This document shows positions 47,186 through 55,486 of a stretch of 64,000 nt of DNA, in pieces. A program made the translations under genes and the position numbers. Positions within the stretch are counted from its first letter, which is position 1. Each line of letters opens with the position of its first letter. This DNA is from a virus, in IMG/VR virus record IMGVR_UViG_3300029955_000013, positions 19,901-83,900 of that record. One strand, 5' to 3'. Under the pieces are notes generated by a model that saw nothing but the letters and a program-made list of their open reading frames with translations, had not been told where the DNA came from and ran no database searches.

Positions 47186-47482
47186 ATGAGAAGGAATAAT
47201 TGGAGTATAATCGTGTGTGCATTCATAGGCATGTTTCTGTTTGGCATTGCAGTTGGTTGTAAGCCTGGTCGGACGTACCATATTGCCGGCAAGGTGACCT
47301 CAAAGTTTACTCTTGCACGTGGTAAGAGTGATGATGATTTGTTTATAGTCGTTTACAGCGACTCTATGCACCAGAAGGTGCCGATCGAAGTTACCATGTC
47401 GACCTACATCAACCATGACGTGGGTGAATACATCGAGTTCGATCTCGACCAGTTCGACATAGATCGGGCGTTGAACTACTGA
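47186..47482 (+). CDS. small lipoprotein (paralog 3)
   Basis: Lipobox AVGC; DS...YIN..VG..I.F.L. Confidence 0.7.
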   Translation: MRRNNWSIIVCAFIGMFLFGIAVGCKPGRTYHIAGKVTSKFTLARGKSDDDLFIVVYSDSMHQKVPIEVTMSTYINHDVGEYIEFDLDQFDIDRALNY

Positions 47483-47579
47483 TTTCTGGAACGCCGGCAA
47501 AATAACTGCCCGGTTTGTTTGTTGTGGTAATATTGCCTATTTTTATGTCGATATATTGTATCACATATAAATAAAAGTA

Positions 47580-47738
47580 ATGATTATTATCTTGATTTTG
47601 ACGCACATAGGTGCATTTGCTGCCGGCGCATTGGTGTTCCGTAATAACTCGTCAAAGATTGAAACTACCGTGGACGCTGTGACAGCAACGGAGAAGACTG
47701 TTGTAGCCGACGTAAAAGATGTCGCCGCAAAAGTTTAA
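47580..47738 (+). CDS. 52-aa single-TM late protein (not in ORF track)
   Basis: MIIILILTHIGAFAAGALVFRNN...; TATAAATA at 47566. Confidence 0.55.
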   Translation: MIIILILTHIGAFAAGALVFRNNSSKIETTVDAVTATEKTVVADVKDVAAKV

Positions 47739-47767
47739 AAAAATTTTTTTTAGTATTTAAAATATTG

Positions 47768-47775
47768 TATATTTG
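47768..47775 (+). promoter_or_regulatory. Bacteroidota sigma-70 -7 element for tRNA block 2
   Basis: TATATTTG matches TAnnTTTG. Confidence 0.75.
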
Positions 47776-47793
47776 CATCGTAATAATAAAGCA

Positions 47794-47871
47794 ATGAAAA
47801 ATTTATCATCATACAGCTCAAGTTGGTCTTGGTCCTCTAAAAGGGATGAGAGCGGAACTGTATTGTGGTAA
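47794..47871 (+). CDS. attenuator leader peptide 2, MKNLSSYSSSWSWSSKRDESGTVLW
   Basis: 25 codons with 9 Ser and 3 Trp, between promoter and terminator. Confidence 0.82.
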   Translation: MKNLSSYSSSWSWSSKRDESGTVLW

Positions 47872-47894
47872 GTGAAATACTTTAAATACATTTG

Positions 47895-47927
47895 AGCCTC
47901 GTCCTAAACAGACGAGGTTTTTTATTT
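47895..47927 (+). terminator. attenuator terminator 2
   Basis: AGCCTCGTC/GACGAGGTT plus U-tract; 5' arm can instead pair with GGATGAG (47844-47850). Confidence 0.85.
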
Positions 47928-47930
47928 ACA

Positions 47931-48004
47931 TACGTCGTAGCATAATGGTATGCACCCGGTCTCCAAAACCGTGGATAGACAGAGTTCGATTCTCTGACGG
48001 CGTG
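47931..48004 (+). tRNA. tRNA-Trp(CCA)
   Basis: CGGT-CTCCAAA-ACCG; CAGAG-TTCGATT-CTCTG. Confidence 0.8.
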
Positions 48005-48019
48005 CTTTAAAAAGTGATA

Positions 48020-48277
48020 ATGAAGGCAAGTGAGTTGATTGTGAAGTTGCAGAAGGCTGTGAGCGAGCATGGAGACATGTTGGTGTTGGTCCAGGAAAAC
48101 GGTTTCGGTGGTTACTCCATGAAGATAGCGGAATCGGATGAGGGCGACTTGATGTACTTAGGTGACAAAGAACTCGAGAATCTCGACGATGACGAAATTA
48201 AAGAGCACGGCATCAAGGTGAATGAGGACAATTTTGTGTTTACGATCAACAGCCATACGACTTTGTTTTCGACTTAA
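48020..48277 (+). CDS. hypothetical protein
   Basis: MKASELI.KLQ...HGD phage-type start. Confidence 0.6.
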   Translation: MKASELIVKLQKAVSEHGDMLVLVQENGFGGYSMKIAESDEGDLMYLGDKELENLDDDEIKEHGIKVNEDNFVFTINSHTTLFST

Positions 48278-48287
48278 CAAAATATAC

Positions 48288-48358
48288 ACGGGTGTAGTTC
48301 AATGGTAGAATAAGAGTCTCCAAAACTCCAGATGTGGGTTCGAATCCGTCCATCCGTG
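48288..48358 (+). tRNA. tRNA-Trp(CCA), second copy
   Basis: ACGGGTG/CATCCGT; GAGT-CTCCAAA-ACTC. Confidence 0.88.
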
Positions 48359-48385
48359 CTTTTTTCAAATGCTAAGTATTGTGCA

Positions 48386-48583
48386 ATGGATATGTTGAAA
48401 TGTAGAAAAGGAAGCCATATTGCGGTTAAAGTGCCCATGATAGGGCTGGAGACGTTCGCCAAGGACGAGCGGGACGTCCCGGTTGCGATTTCGGAGGCCG
48501 TGGTCGCGTTCTGTATCGCGGCCGAGAAGTTTGGCCGCGGGATCGAGGTGGAGCTGGCGGAGGCGATCGAAAACGAGTTATAG
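48386..48583 (+). CDS. HicB-like small protein
   Basis: P.IGLETFA.DE.D...AI.EA...F. Confidence 0.4.
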   Translation: MDMLKCRKGSHIAVKVPMIGLETFAKDERDVPVAISEAVVAFCIAAEKFGRGIEVELAEAIENEL

Positions 48584-48678
48584 CGTGGACTAAAAATTTA
48601 GATCTTTGACATTGTGGAGGCTAATAAATGATTGTATTAGTCAGTATTATCTGTTATATTCGTGTAACAAATAAGTTA

Positions 48679-49629
48679 ATGGATAGGAAGGATGTTTATG
48701 CCGTGATAGACGGCGAGAGGAATTACCAGGATAACAAGTGGGGCCCGCAGGCTAATTCAAACAAACCGGTTGAGAGCTACATAGTTTACATGCAGGCTTA
48801 CTTGGCCGATGCCATACAGGCGATCTCCAAGAACGCCGGTACAAAGCTCGCTCTCGACGAGCTGAGGAAAGTGGTTGCTCTCGGCGTGTCTTGTTTTGAA
48901 GTCAACGGCGTCCCTAATAGAAAAGCAACGGTAGAGAATGAAGATGGACTTACGACGCCGGAAAAGTTTATCGAGTTCATTTCCGAAAATTGGATCAGGA
49001 GCGGCCTTTACAAGGAAAATCAGTTTTATAAGAGCTTTTACGCTATTGAGCCGATCTCTTTCGAAGAAAAAGAGGTGAAGTCTAAGTTCAATTTTGGCAC
49101 GGAGCTGTTCCAGTCTATTTGTTCCAGCTATACTTGTACGCCTAAAGAAGATTTGCTTTCCGAGTTGTACGGGATGTTCATGGAGCAGCTGTGTATGGAA
49201 GCTTTGACTGCTACTGTTAAAATGCTTGATGTTGAAGTTAAGGACATGACTTTCGTTAAGTCTGTTGATTCCATTCCTTTCGTCGGAAACATGATGATGG
49301 GTCCAGAGATGTTGGCTAATTTGTATCATGATTATAAATGCACGCCTAACAATATTAGCGATTTTTCCCCGCTTTTTATGGGGGCTGAGAGGTGTGCGAA
49401 GTTCAAAGACAAGAATGTATACGTTAATCCTTTTTTACCGGAAGACGTATTTCTGTTGTTCAATGAGGGCTTCATGAACTTCGATATTCTGTTCGATCCA
49501 AGGAAATCTGATTATGGCTATTACATGTTCAATTTGAAGATAAGGGTGAATAAGAATAACGTCAGGAGGTATAAAATTTCCGACGCACCGAGGTGGGAAC
49601 ACCCGGCATATTGTAACATTTTTAAATAG
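48679..49629 (+). CDS. protein with N-terminal MazG-like helical domain
   Basis: I..ER.YQD.KWG...ELRKV.AL.V.C.E. Confidence 0.5.
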   Translation: MDRKDVYAVIDGERNYQDNKWGPQANSNKPVESYIVYMQAYLADAIQAISKNAGTKLALDELRKVVALGVSCFEVNGVPNRKATVENEDGLTTPEKFIEFISENWIRSGLYKENQFYKSFYAIEPISFEEKEVKSKFNFGTELFQSICSSYTCTPKEDLLSELYGMFMEQLCMEALTATVKMLDVEVKDMTFVKSVDSIPFVGNMMMGPEMLANLYHDYKCTPNNISDFSPLFMGAERCAKFKDKNVYVNPFLPEDVFLLFNEGFMNFDILFDPRKSDYGYYMFNLKIRVNKNNVRRYKISDAPRWEHPAYCNIFK

Positions 49630-49637
49630 GTTGTAAT

Positions 49638-49952
49638 ATGTTTGAACACATTGGTTTCTATTTCAGCAAGGACACGTACGGCGGCAACTGTTGGAAAAGC
49701 TTCGAGACCGTTGATGAGCTGAAGAGGTATAAGACTGAGTACGAGATGTTGTATGCAAATATACAGCAATGCGTCTCGACCGTGCCTACGCCGAGATTCA
49801 AAATAAAGCTTAACGTGAGGGGTACTTTTTATGTAGCAGACATGCAATACGTCAACGTAAGGGATACAATAGTTAAGACGGCAGAGGATGCGATCGAACT
49901 TATAAAAAACTGGAGAGAATATGACCCCGTTGAAACACAAGATTTATCTTGA
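49638..49952 (+). CDS. hypothetical protein
   Basis: 104-aa ORF. Confidence 0.55.
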   Translation: MFEHIGFYFSKDTYGGNCWKSFETVDELKRYKTEYEMLYANIQQCVSTVPTPRFKIKLNVRGTFYVADMQYVNVRDTIVKTAEDAIELIKNWREYDPVETQDLS

Positions 49953-50580
49953 CAAGATTCCGGCCCAAGGCCGTTTCGGCGCCATAAGGAAGCATGACAT
50001 CCACACTGGCGTTGACCTACACTGTCCTGAGTTTGCACTCGTGTATGCGATGGAGACTGGCACCGTAGTGAACATCTGTCCTTTCACTGGGGATGACGCA
50101 GGATCACCCTGGTGGAATGACACGTCAGCCGTTCTAATCAAGGGAAGATCCGGCATTGTTTTGTACGGCGAGGTTGGCCTCATAAAAGTAAAGGTAGGCG
50201 ACAGAGTCACAAAGGGCGATAACTTTGCTTGCGTATTCAAGGTTTTGAAGAACGATAAAGGCCTGCCTACGAGCATGCTTCACGTAGAGCTATATCATAA
50301 GGACTATATCGGGGATGGCGAGTGGTGGAAGCACGACGAGCCGCAGCCGAGACACCTGAAGAATGTAGAGGCAATGCTTAAGAGGGTTGACGAGAGGAAC
50401 GATCCTTATCTACAGATGAAGAAGCGAGGGCTTACAGATGCGGAGATCGCTGATGGAACAGTATTCGATGCTTCGTATTACATGGAGCCGCTCGAGGCGG
50501 AAAGGTCGGGGAAGGAAATAATGGAAGAGTTTAGGAAGCACAGACAAAAAATGAAAAATGAAATTGAAGCTGGTAATTGA
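49921..50580 (+). CDS. M23 family peptidase
   Basis: HTGVDL, VKVGDRV.KG, LH.E. Confidence 0.8.
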   Translation: MTPLKHKIYLDKIPAQGRFGAIRKHDIHTGVDLHCPEFALVYAMETGTVVNICPFTGDDAGSPWWNDTSAVLIKGRSGIVLYGEVGLIKVKVGDRVTKGDNFACVFKVLKNDKGLPTSMLHVELYHKDYIGDGEWWKHDEPQPRHLKNVEAMLKRVDERNDPYLQMKKRGLTDAEIADGTVFDASYYMEPLEAERSGKEIMEEFRKHRQKMKNEIEAGN

Positions 50581-50785
50581 ATATTGTGATACGATAGCGT
50601 TGGAGGATCCAAGCGCAGCATACATTGGGTATTTTGATGATTTCCCGATATGCGTCGTCGGAAGCAGCCCGGAGCATGTCTTCGAGGAAGTGATGACCTC
50701 TATAAAGATAAAGATTGCGCACGACTCTGGTTTATCACATTTAATTCTGAAAGGCAATGACAAGAAAGAGCAGCTTACAGCTTAA
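50558..50785 (+). CDS. HicB-like small protein
   Basis: YIGYF.DFP.CVV.G.SPE....E. Confidence 0.45.
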   Translation: MKLKLVIEYCDTIALEDPSAAYIGYFDDFPICVVGSSPEHVFEEVMTSIKIKIAHDSGLSHLILKGNDKKEQLTA

Positions 50786-50969
50786 GAGCCTGTTCGATTC
50801 GAAGGGTGCATTGTCTATCTGGGTGAAGAGTGCCCCGGAGCCGTATTTTAAGAACTTAAAACCTGGCAGCATAGAGATGGACGACGCAGGGAATCTTTGG
50901 ATCGACCAGGGCACAACGGTGTGCTACGTACCGGAGCACAACATCGCGCAAATTGTGTTCAAACCGTAG
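50757..50969 (+). CDS. hypothetical protein
   Basis: 70-aa ORF. Confidence 0.5.
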   Translation: MTRKSSLQLKSLFDSKGALSIWVKSAPEPYFKNLKPGSIEMDDAGNLWIDQGTTVCYVPEHNIAQIVFKP

Positions 50970-50985
50970 GAATATTGTAATATAA

Positions 50986-51077
50986 GGAAGGTTGGGCGAG
51001 TGGTTTATGCCGTTAGTTTTGAAAACTAAAGATCGTGTGATGAGCATGATCCGTCGGTTCGAATCCGACATCTTCCT
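50986..51077 (+). tRNA. tRNA-Ser(TGA)
   Basis: TTAGT-TTTGAAA-ACTAA; long variable arm. Confidence 0.9.
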
Positions 51078-51089
51078 CAAAATATAATT

Positions 51090-51440
51090 ATGGAATTTGA
51101 GCTTTTCACAGTCATCAGTATAGACGACAGCAATTGCATCGTTTTTATAAATAACTACGAGCGTCCTGATGCCGTTTTGGTTGATTTGCAAGACCAGCTT
51201 CGTACGCTCGATTTCAACGGCGAGGTTTATTTTGATCTGCTTCTTCCGAACGGCCCAAGTCAAAGGTTCTTTTCAATGAACTTCGACGGCTACGTATTTG
51301 AGCTGAATACGATGAAAGCATTGGAGTTTGTGCCGGACGATGTGTTTGGTGTATCGAGTAAGTACTTCAAGGAGAACAAGCATTTGTTGGGACGAGGCGT
51401 TTTGCTGAAGTATCAGATTGAAGAGTTTATGAATGCTTAA
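51090..51440 (+). CDS. RnlB-family antitoxin
   Basis: E.P...L...GEVYFDLLLPNGP..RF resembles the RnlB core GEILFDLL..NGP..RF; similar length. Confidence 0.75.
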   Translation: MEFELFTVISIDDSNCIVFINNYERPDAVLVDLQDQLRTLDFNGEVYFDLLLPNGPSQRFFSMNFDGYVFELNTMKALEFVPDDVFGVSSKYFKENKHLLGRGVLLKYQIEEFMNA

Positions 51441-51451
51441 CTGCATTACAA

Positions 51452-51536
51452 GGAGAGGTGTCAGAGTGGTCTATCGTAACAGTTTGCTAAACTGTTGACT
51501 GTAACAGGTCCAGGGGTTCGAATCCCCTCCTCTCCT
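51452..51536 (+). tRNA. tRNA-Ser(GCT)
   Basis: GGAGAGG/CCTCTCC; ACAGT-TTGCTAA-ACTGT. Confidence 0.9.
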
Positions 51537-51565
51537 CTGAAAAACAAAATGACAAATACATTTAC

Positions 51566-51922
51566 ATGCCACTACTTACGGATTATTTTATGGGTATTGA
51601 TATTGGGGATGGCACCATAGATAACTTATCATGTTTGGTGGTTATGAATAGCGATAAACTTGTTATATATCAAACTCTTATATGTGATAAAAAGCAGTTT
51701 AAAGAGGAGGTTAACAGGGTAAAAAAGTTTTATAATATCCCAAGTGAAAATATTTTAATTGTTAAACATAACATAAATAAAAGGAGTGTCTACACTACCG
51801 ATTTTCATGCAGAATTATTGGAGGGTTGGCAGAGCGGTCGAATGCGGCAGTCTCGAAAACTGTTGGCTGTAACAGGTCCGGGAGTTCGAATCTCCCACCC
51901 TCCTCCGGGTATTAATGTCTAA
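51566..51922 (+). CDS. hypothetical AT-rich ORF with RNase H-like start; reads through tRNA-Ser(CGA)
   Basis: YFMGIDIG motif; real 3' end doubtful. Confidence 0.4.
   Translation: MPLLTDYFMGIDIGDGTIDNLSCLVVMNSDKLVIYQTLICDKKQFKEEVNRVKKFYNIPSENILIVKHNINKRSVYTTDFHAELLEGWQSGRMRQSRKLLAVTGPGVRISHPPPGINV
51820..51904 (+). tRNA. tRNA-Ser(CGA)
   Basis: GGAGGGT/ACCCTCC; GCAGT-CTCGAAA-ACTGT. Confidence 0.92.
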
Positions 51923-51932
51923 GTTCGTGGTC

Positions 51933-52019
51933 AAGAAGTGAACCGGCTGGATCAGGAGCCAGTTGTGAAAGGCTGGTGGGCTCTAACAGGCCTTGGGAGT
52001 TCGAGTCTCCTCACTTATT
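51933..52019 (+). tRNA. non-canonical Ser-type tRNA (8/4- or 9/4-like fold, irregular anticodon loop)
   Basis: AAGTGA/TCACTT; GGAG-TTCGAGT-CTCC; CCAGT-TGTGAAAG-GCTGG; variable arm like neighbouring Ser tRNAs. Confidence 0.6.
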
Positions 52020-52087
52020 CTTTGGTTTAAACCATTATTAATTCGTTGTATTCTTTTGGGTTTGTATTTAAAGTATAAACGTTATTA

Positions 52088-52660
52088 ATGTCGTACAACG
52101 TGTTTGATATATACTTTATAACTATCGTCCTAATCGTTGCTGTACTTTGGTTTGTGAAGACTTACCTCAATACCTCTCGCATTGGGTTCTTCAGGAACCA
52201 AGAGCAGAAGATACAGGACTCGGAGGAAATATCGAGCACGCTTGGCAAGATAGTTATGGATTTTGGTGCGTTCAGGGCGTTCATCTTCAAGTGTTTTGGC
52301 GATCCGGACCCGAAGTACGGCAACGATTGGTTTTTGAAGATATTGTTTCAGCAGGGGTACACCGAAGGCATGCTGCCTAAGTACGACTGGAGGACCCTTG
52401 ACCACGTGTATTTGGGCATGATTGCAAAGACCGCTAAGGACGGCATTAATGCTTTCTACATTGAAGACCTTCCGGAGTGTCTTACGAAGAGGTTGTATAA
52501 GGAGCTTAATGTTGATTATGCTGTTATGTACTACCTGCAGGGTGACTCGCACAATATAATATATTCGAGCATTAGTTTCAAGAGGGCGCAAGACTTTTTT
52601 GACAACAAGGATGACATCATGAAGATGTTTAAGAGGCTTGGTAAGCTTTACAAAAAATAA
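52088..52660 (+). CDS. N-terminal TM protein with GAF-like soluble domain (possible T4 T-like holin)
   Basis: One TM, then globular domain; TATTTAAA upstream. Confidence 0.4.
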   Translation: MSYNVFDIYFITIVLIVAVLWFVKTYLNTSRIGFFRNQEQKIQDSEEISSTLGKIVMDFGAFRAFIFKCFGDPDPKYGNDWFLKILFQQGYTEGMLPKYDWRTLDHVYLGMIAKTAKDGINAFYIEDLPECLTKRLYKELNVDYAVMYYLQGDSHNIIYSSISFKRAQDFFDNKDDIMKMFKRLGKLYKK

Positions 52661-52714
52661 TTTATGAGTTGATCGTTCTACGAATCCCACTTATTTATGT
52701 TATAAAAATATTTT

Positions 52715-53086
52715 ATGGTAGGTATATTCGACGAGCCTATGCCGCTCGATAGGGTTAATGAGTTTCTGCAGAAGCCTACAAACATAGGCGTCGAGGCCTT
52801 CCACAAGCTGCTGTGGTGCCTCAGCATCGGGACTATAAAGTTCTTCGATAGGCTTTTAGTTGAAGGTTCGTTGTTCGAATGCATCGTCAACATAGGCTTC
52901 ATGGAGTCCAAGGGCGACATACGCAGGATGATGAAGAACAACGGCCTGAAGGTGTCGGGCAAGATGCTGACGGAGAAGTTCGTCGTGTCGGAAGATTGCT
53001 GGTTTGATGTTGAAGGTTCAAAGATAAAGTTTCTCGTGTTGCAGAAGGGCAGGAAAAGTTTTGACTTACTATTTAAAGTTATATAA
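52715..53086 (+). CDS. stand-alone S4 domain resembling TyrRS C-terminus
   Basis: G..ESKGDIRR.....GLKV.G...LVLQKGRK.F. Confidence 0.7.
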   Translation: MVGIFDEPMPLDRVNEFLQKPTNIGVEAFHKLLWCLSIGTIKFFDRLLVEGSLFECIVNIGFMESKGDIRRMMKNNGLKVSGKMLTEKFVVSEDCWFDVEGSKIKFLVLQKGRKSFDLLFKVI

Positions 53087-53093
53087 ATTTTGA

Positions 53094-53621
53094 ATGAAAG
53101 CGAACAAATTAGACGAGTTGAACACTACATCTTACGCGAAAGCTATGGACAGCACTGAAAACTTCCCCTTTGCGCAGATGCTTGCGGGCGACAACAAGGA
53201 TTTTAAGAATCGTGCCGACAAAATGGCAAACGTCAACAGCCTTGCGAAAAGAGGCTTCGAGGCGAGCTGGAATAAGGAGTTCAAGGGTACGCCCATAACC
53301 TTCATAGGCAAGAAGACGAACAAGGCTTATACCTACCCTGTTTTTGGCTTGAAGTTCAACGCGAACTACACGAACTTCGACATACTTTTGTCTACGGACG
53401 GCGATCTCGGCAGGTCCTTGATTTGGGTCAAGAATCCTTTGTACATAGACCAGCACGGCATGGAAAAAATCGCTCCCGAGCCAGTGACGTTGGACCCGAA
53501 GTCGAGGGAAATGTTCAAGAAGATGTTCTCGTTTGGTTTCAGTGCGGATCATGCCAGCAGGGGTCAGATAGGTGAGAGCATTGTGGAAAAGATAATGAAA
53601 GAAGCTGTAAGCAGCAAATAA
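53094..53621 (+). CDS. hypothetical late protein
   Basis: TATTTAAA at 53070; LDEL...Y start. Confidence 0.65.
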   Translation: MKANKLDELNTTSYAKAMDSTENFPFAQMLAGDNKDFKNRADKMANVNSLAKRGFEASWNKEFKGTPITFIGKKTNKAYTYPVFGLKFNANYTNFDILLSTDGDLGRSLIWVKNPLYIDQHGMEKIAPEPVTLDPKSREMFKKMFSFGFSADHASRGQIGESIVEKIMKEAVSSK

Positions 53622-53710
53622 GGAGAGGTGCCCGAGTGGTTGATGGGGCTCGCCTGGAAAGCGTGTTGTCGGGTCAAACTGGCACAAGGGTTCGAATCCC
53701 TTCCTCTCCT
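53622..53710 (+). tRNA. tRNA-Ser(GGA)
   Basis: GGAGAGG/CCTCTCC; loop CT-GGA-AA; long variable arm. Confidence 0.92.
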
Positions 53711-53791
53711 CCGAATTTAATTTTCGATTAGTGTTTGTTTGGTTTTCTATGATATTTTTTATACGAATATTTAAAAACCAAACAGCCCTGA

Positions 53792-55486
53792 ATGAATCTA
53801 CACGATCTAAACATATACTTACAACAGGTCAAAAATGCTAATAGGCCGCTCGTGTTAGATCCGAGAATAAAGCTTTCAATACCGCAGCAGGAGGCCATAG
53901 AAATTGGCGGTGGTGGAGGCATAGTAGAAATCGCTCTCGCGGACATTACAACTCTCATAAGTACTTCTTCTTTATCGCCAGGCACTTACTACGTTATTAG
54001 TGGCGTCGACGTCGGTTTATACGGAGGCACGACGATAATACTGCAAGCTATTACGGCTTCATACATGGCGCAGTCCGGCTTCGGACAGTTCCAGAACCCT
54101 TTGTATTCATCGTATTCGATGTGGGATCCAGGCAACTCATACGAGACCGGCATGTACGCGATATGGGGCGGCAAGGTTTGGGTGAGCAGCAACGGCGAGA
54201 CAGGCAGCTCTATAGACCGCTTTAACCTTGATGATAACTGGACGGTAGTCAACGACCAATCTTTCTACAATACGGTTTGGGACCAGATAACTTATTCTTT
54301 TCAGTTTGATTTCATTACATCAAGGTTTGACGTAAACGTGAACAATTATGTCGCATGCGATTACGTCTCCAATGAGTGGTTCGAGGAAGGAACTCGTTCT
54401 ATAGCCGTGTTCAAATGGGGTTACTATTCGAATTTCGAGCAGGTAGTTTCTGATTGCTTCATAGAGAACTCTTACATAGATTGTTTGAACGTGCTTGGCT
54501 CGATCCAGAACTTGAACATGACAAACTACAGCTACGTTTCTGGCCTATACCTCGACGCCGACTCCATATTCGGCGTGGCGAACATAGAGAATTTTTGCTA
54601 CATAACGGGGATAACGATAACAGGCTCTGAGGTTTATAATTTGCATTTGAACAACGCGAGCTATATGTCGAGTGTTACTTTTGCCAATGCTTCTGTTTTA
54701 AACCTTGATATGTTCAACGAGTCCTCAATTAGCGACAGCACGATTACTTCTGGTGCTTTTGAGGACGTTTTATTGTCGAACACCTCTATTTGGACTAATA
54801 ATAATCTGACGAGTAGCACTGTAAACGGGTGTGTCTTCGTTAATAATTCTTACTTGGGTTCGAACACGTTAAACAGTTCTGAGATGAACAACGTGAACCT
54901 TGACGGCTCTTCTATTGGCTCTTTGAATTTGACGGAATCTTACATAAACTTTTTGTACATGAGGGATGGAGAGTTTGGCAACTTTACCACCACTTCTTCT
55001 ACTCTGAACAATGTGTTTATTGATGCTTTTACTGTTTATCCGGCATCTGTAGACGGAATAATTTGGGGCGTTGCGAGGTTCATAGTTAACACGATCAATT
55101 ACCAGTTTGGCTTAAGCTTTAGCGGTGATGATGGCGCAGGTGGCATAGGAGCCATAACGTTGCCTTATATGATGGTGCCTGGCGGCTTCTACATCGAGAG
55201 GGTTATAATAAGCCAGCAGAACATGGCTGGAGATCCAGGGGCTGTCATCAACCTCGGCATATCAAACGGGACCGGTACGGAAGGAATCAACAACACCACT
55301 GGCTTGAAGTCAAACCTCGACAACAAGATTTCCTATTTCGACATGTCTAACGGCTTGGTGTCCGGCCTGCCGTCCGGAGGTATGAGTACTATAGTCGCGT
55401 CAGTCCAGAATGACGTAATATCTGAAGGCACCTGGGAGGTTGAGATAGTCTTAAAAAATATTAATTATGTTTCAACAAACGAATAA
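53792..55486 (+). CDS. beta-helix-like putative virion protein
   Basis: Asn/Ser-rich short repeats; L.PGTYY.I motif; late motif upstream. Confidence 0.6.
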   Translation: MNLHDLNIYLQQVKNANRPLVLDPRIKLSIPQQEAIEIGGGGGIVEIALADITTLISTSSLSPGTYYVISGVDVGLYGGTTIILQAITASYMAQSGFGQFQNPLYSSYSMWDPGNSYETGMYAIWGGKVWVSSNGETGSSIDRFNLDDNWTVVNDQSFYNTVWDQITYSFQFDFITSRFDVNVNNYVACDYVSNEWFEEGTRSIAVFKWGYYSNFEQVVSDCFIENSYIDCLNVLGSIQNLNMTNYSYVSGLYLDADSIFGVANIENFCYITGITITGSEVYNLHLNNASYMSSVTFANASVLNLDMFNESSISDSTITSGAFEDVLLSNTSIWTNNNLTSSTVNGCVFVNNSYLGSNTLNSSEMNNVNLDGSSIGSLNLTESYINFLYMRDGEFGNFTTTSSTLNNVFIDAFTVYPASVDGIIWGVARFIVNTINYQFGLSFSGDDGAGGIGAITLPYMMVPGGFYIERVIISQQNMAGDPGAVINLGISNGTGTEGINNTTGLKSNLDNKISYFDMSNGLVSGLPSGGMSTIVASVQNDVISEGTWEVEIVLKNINYVSTNE

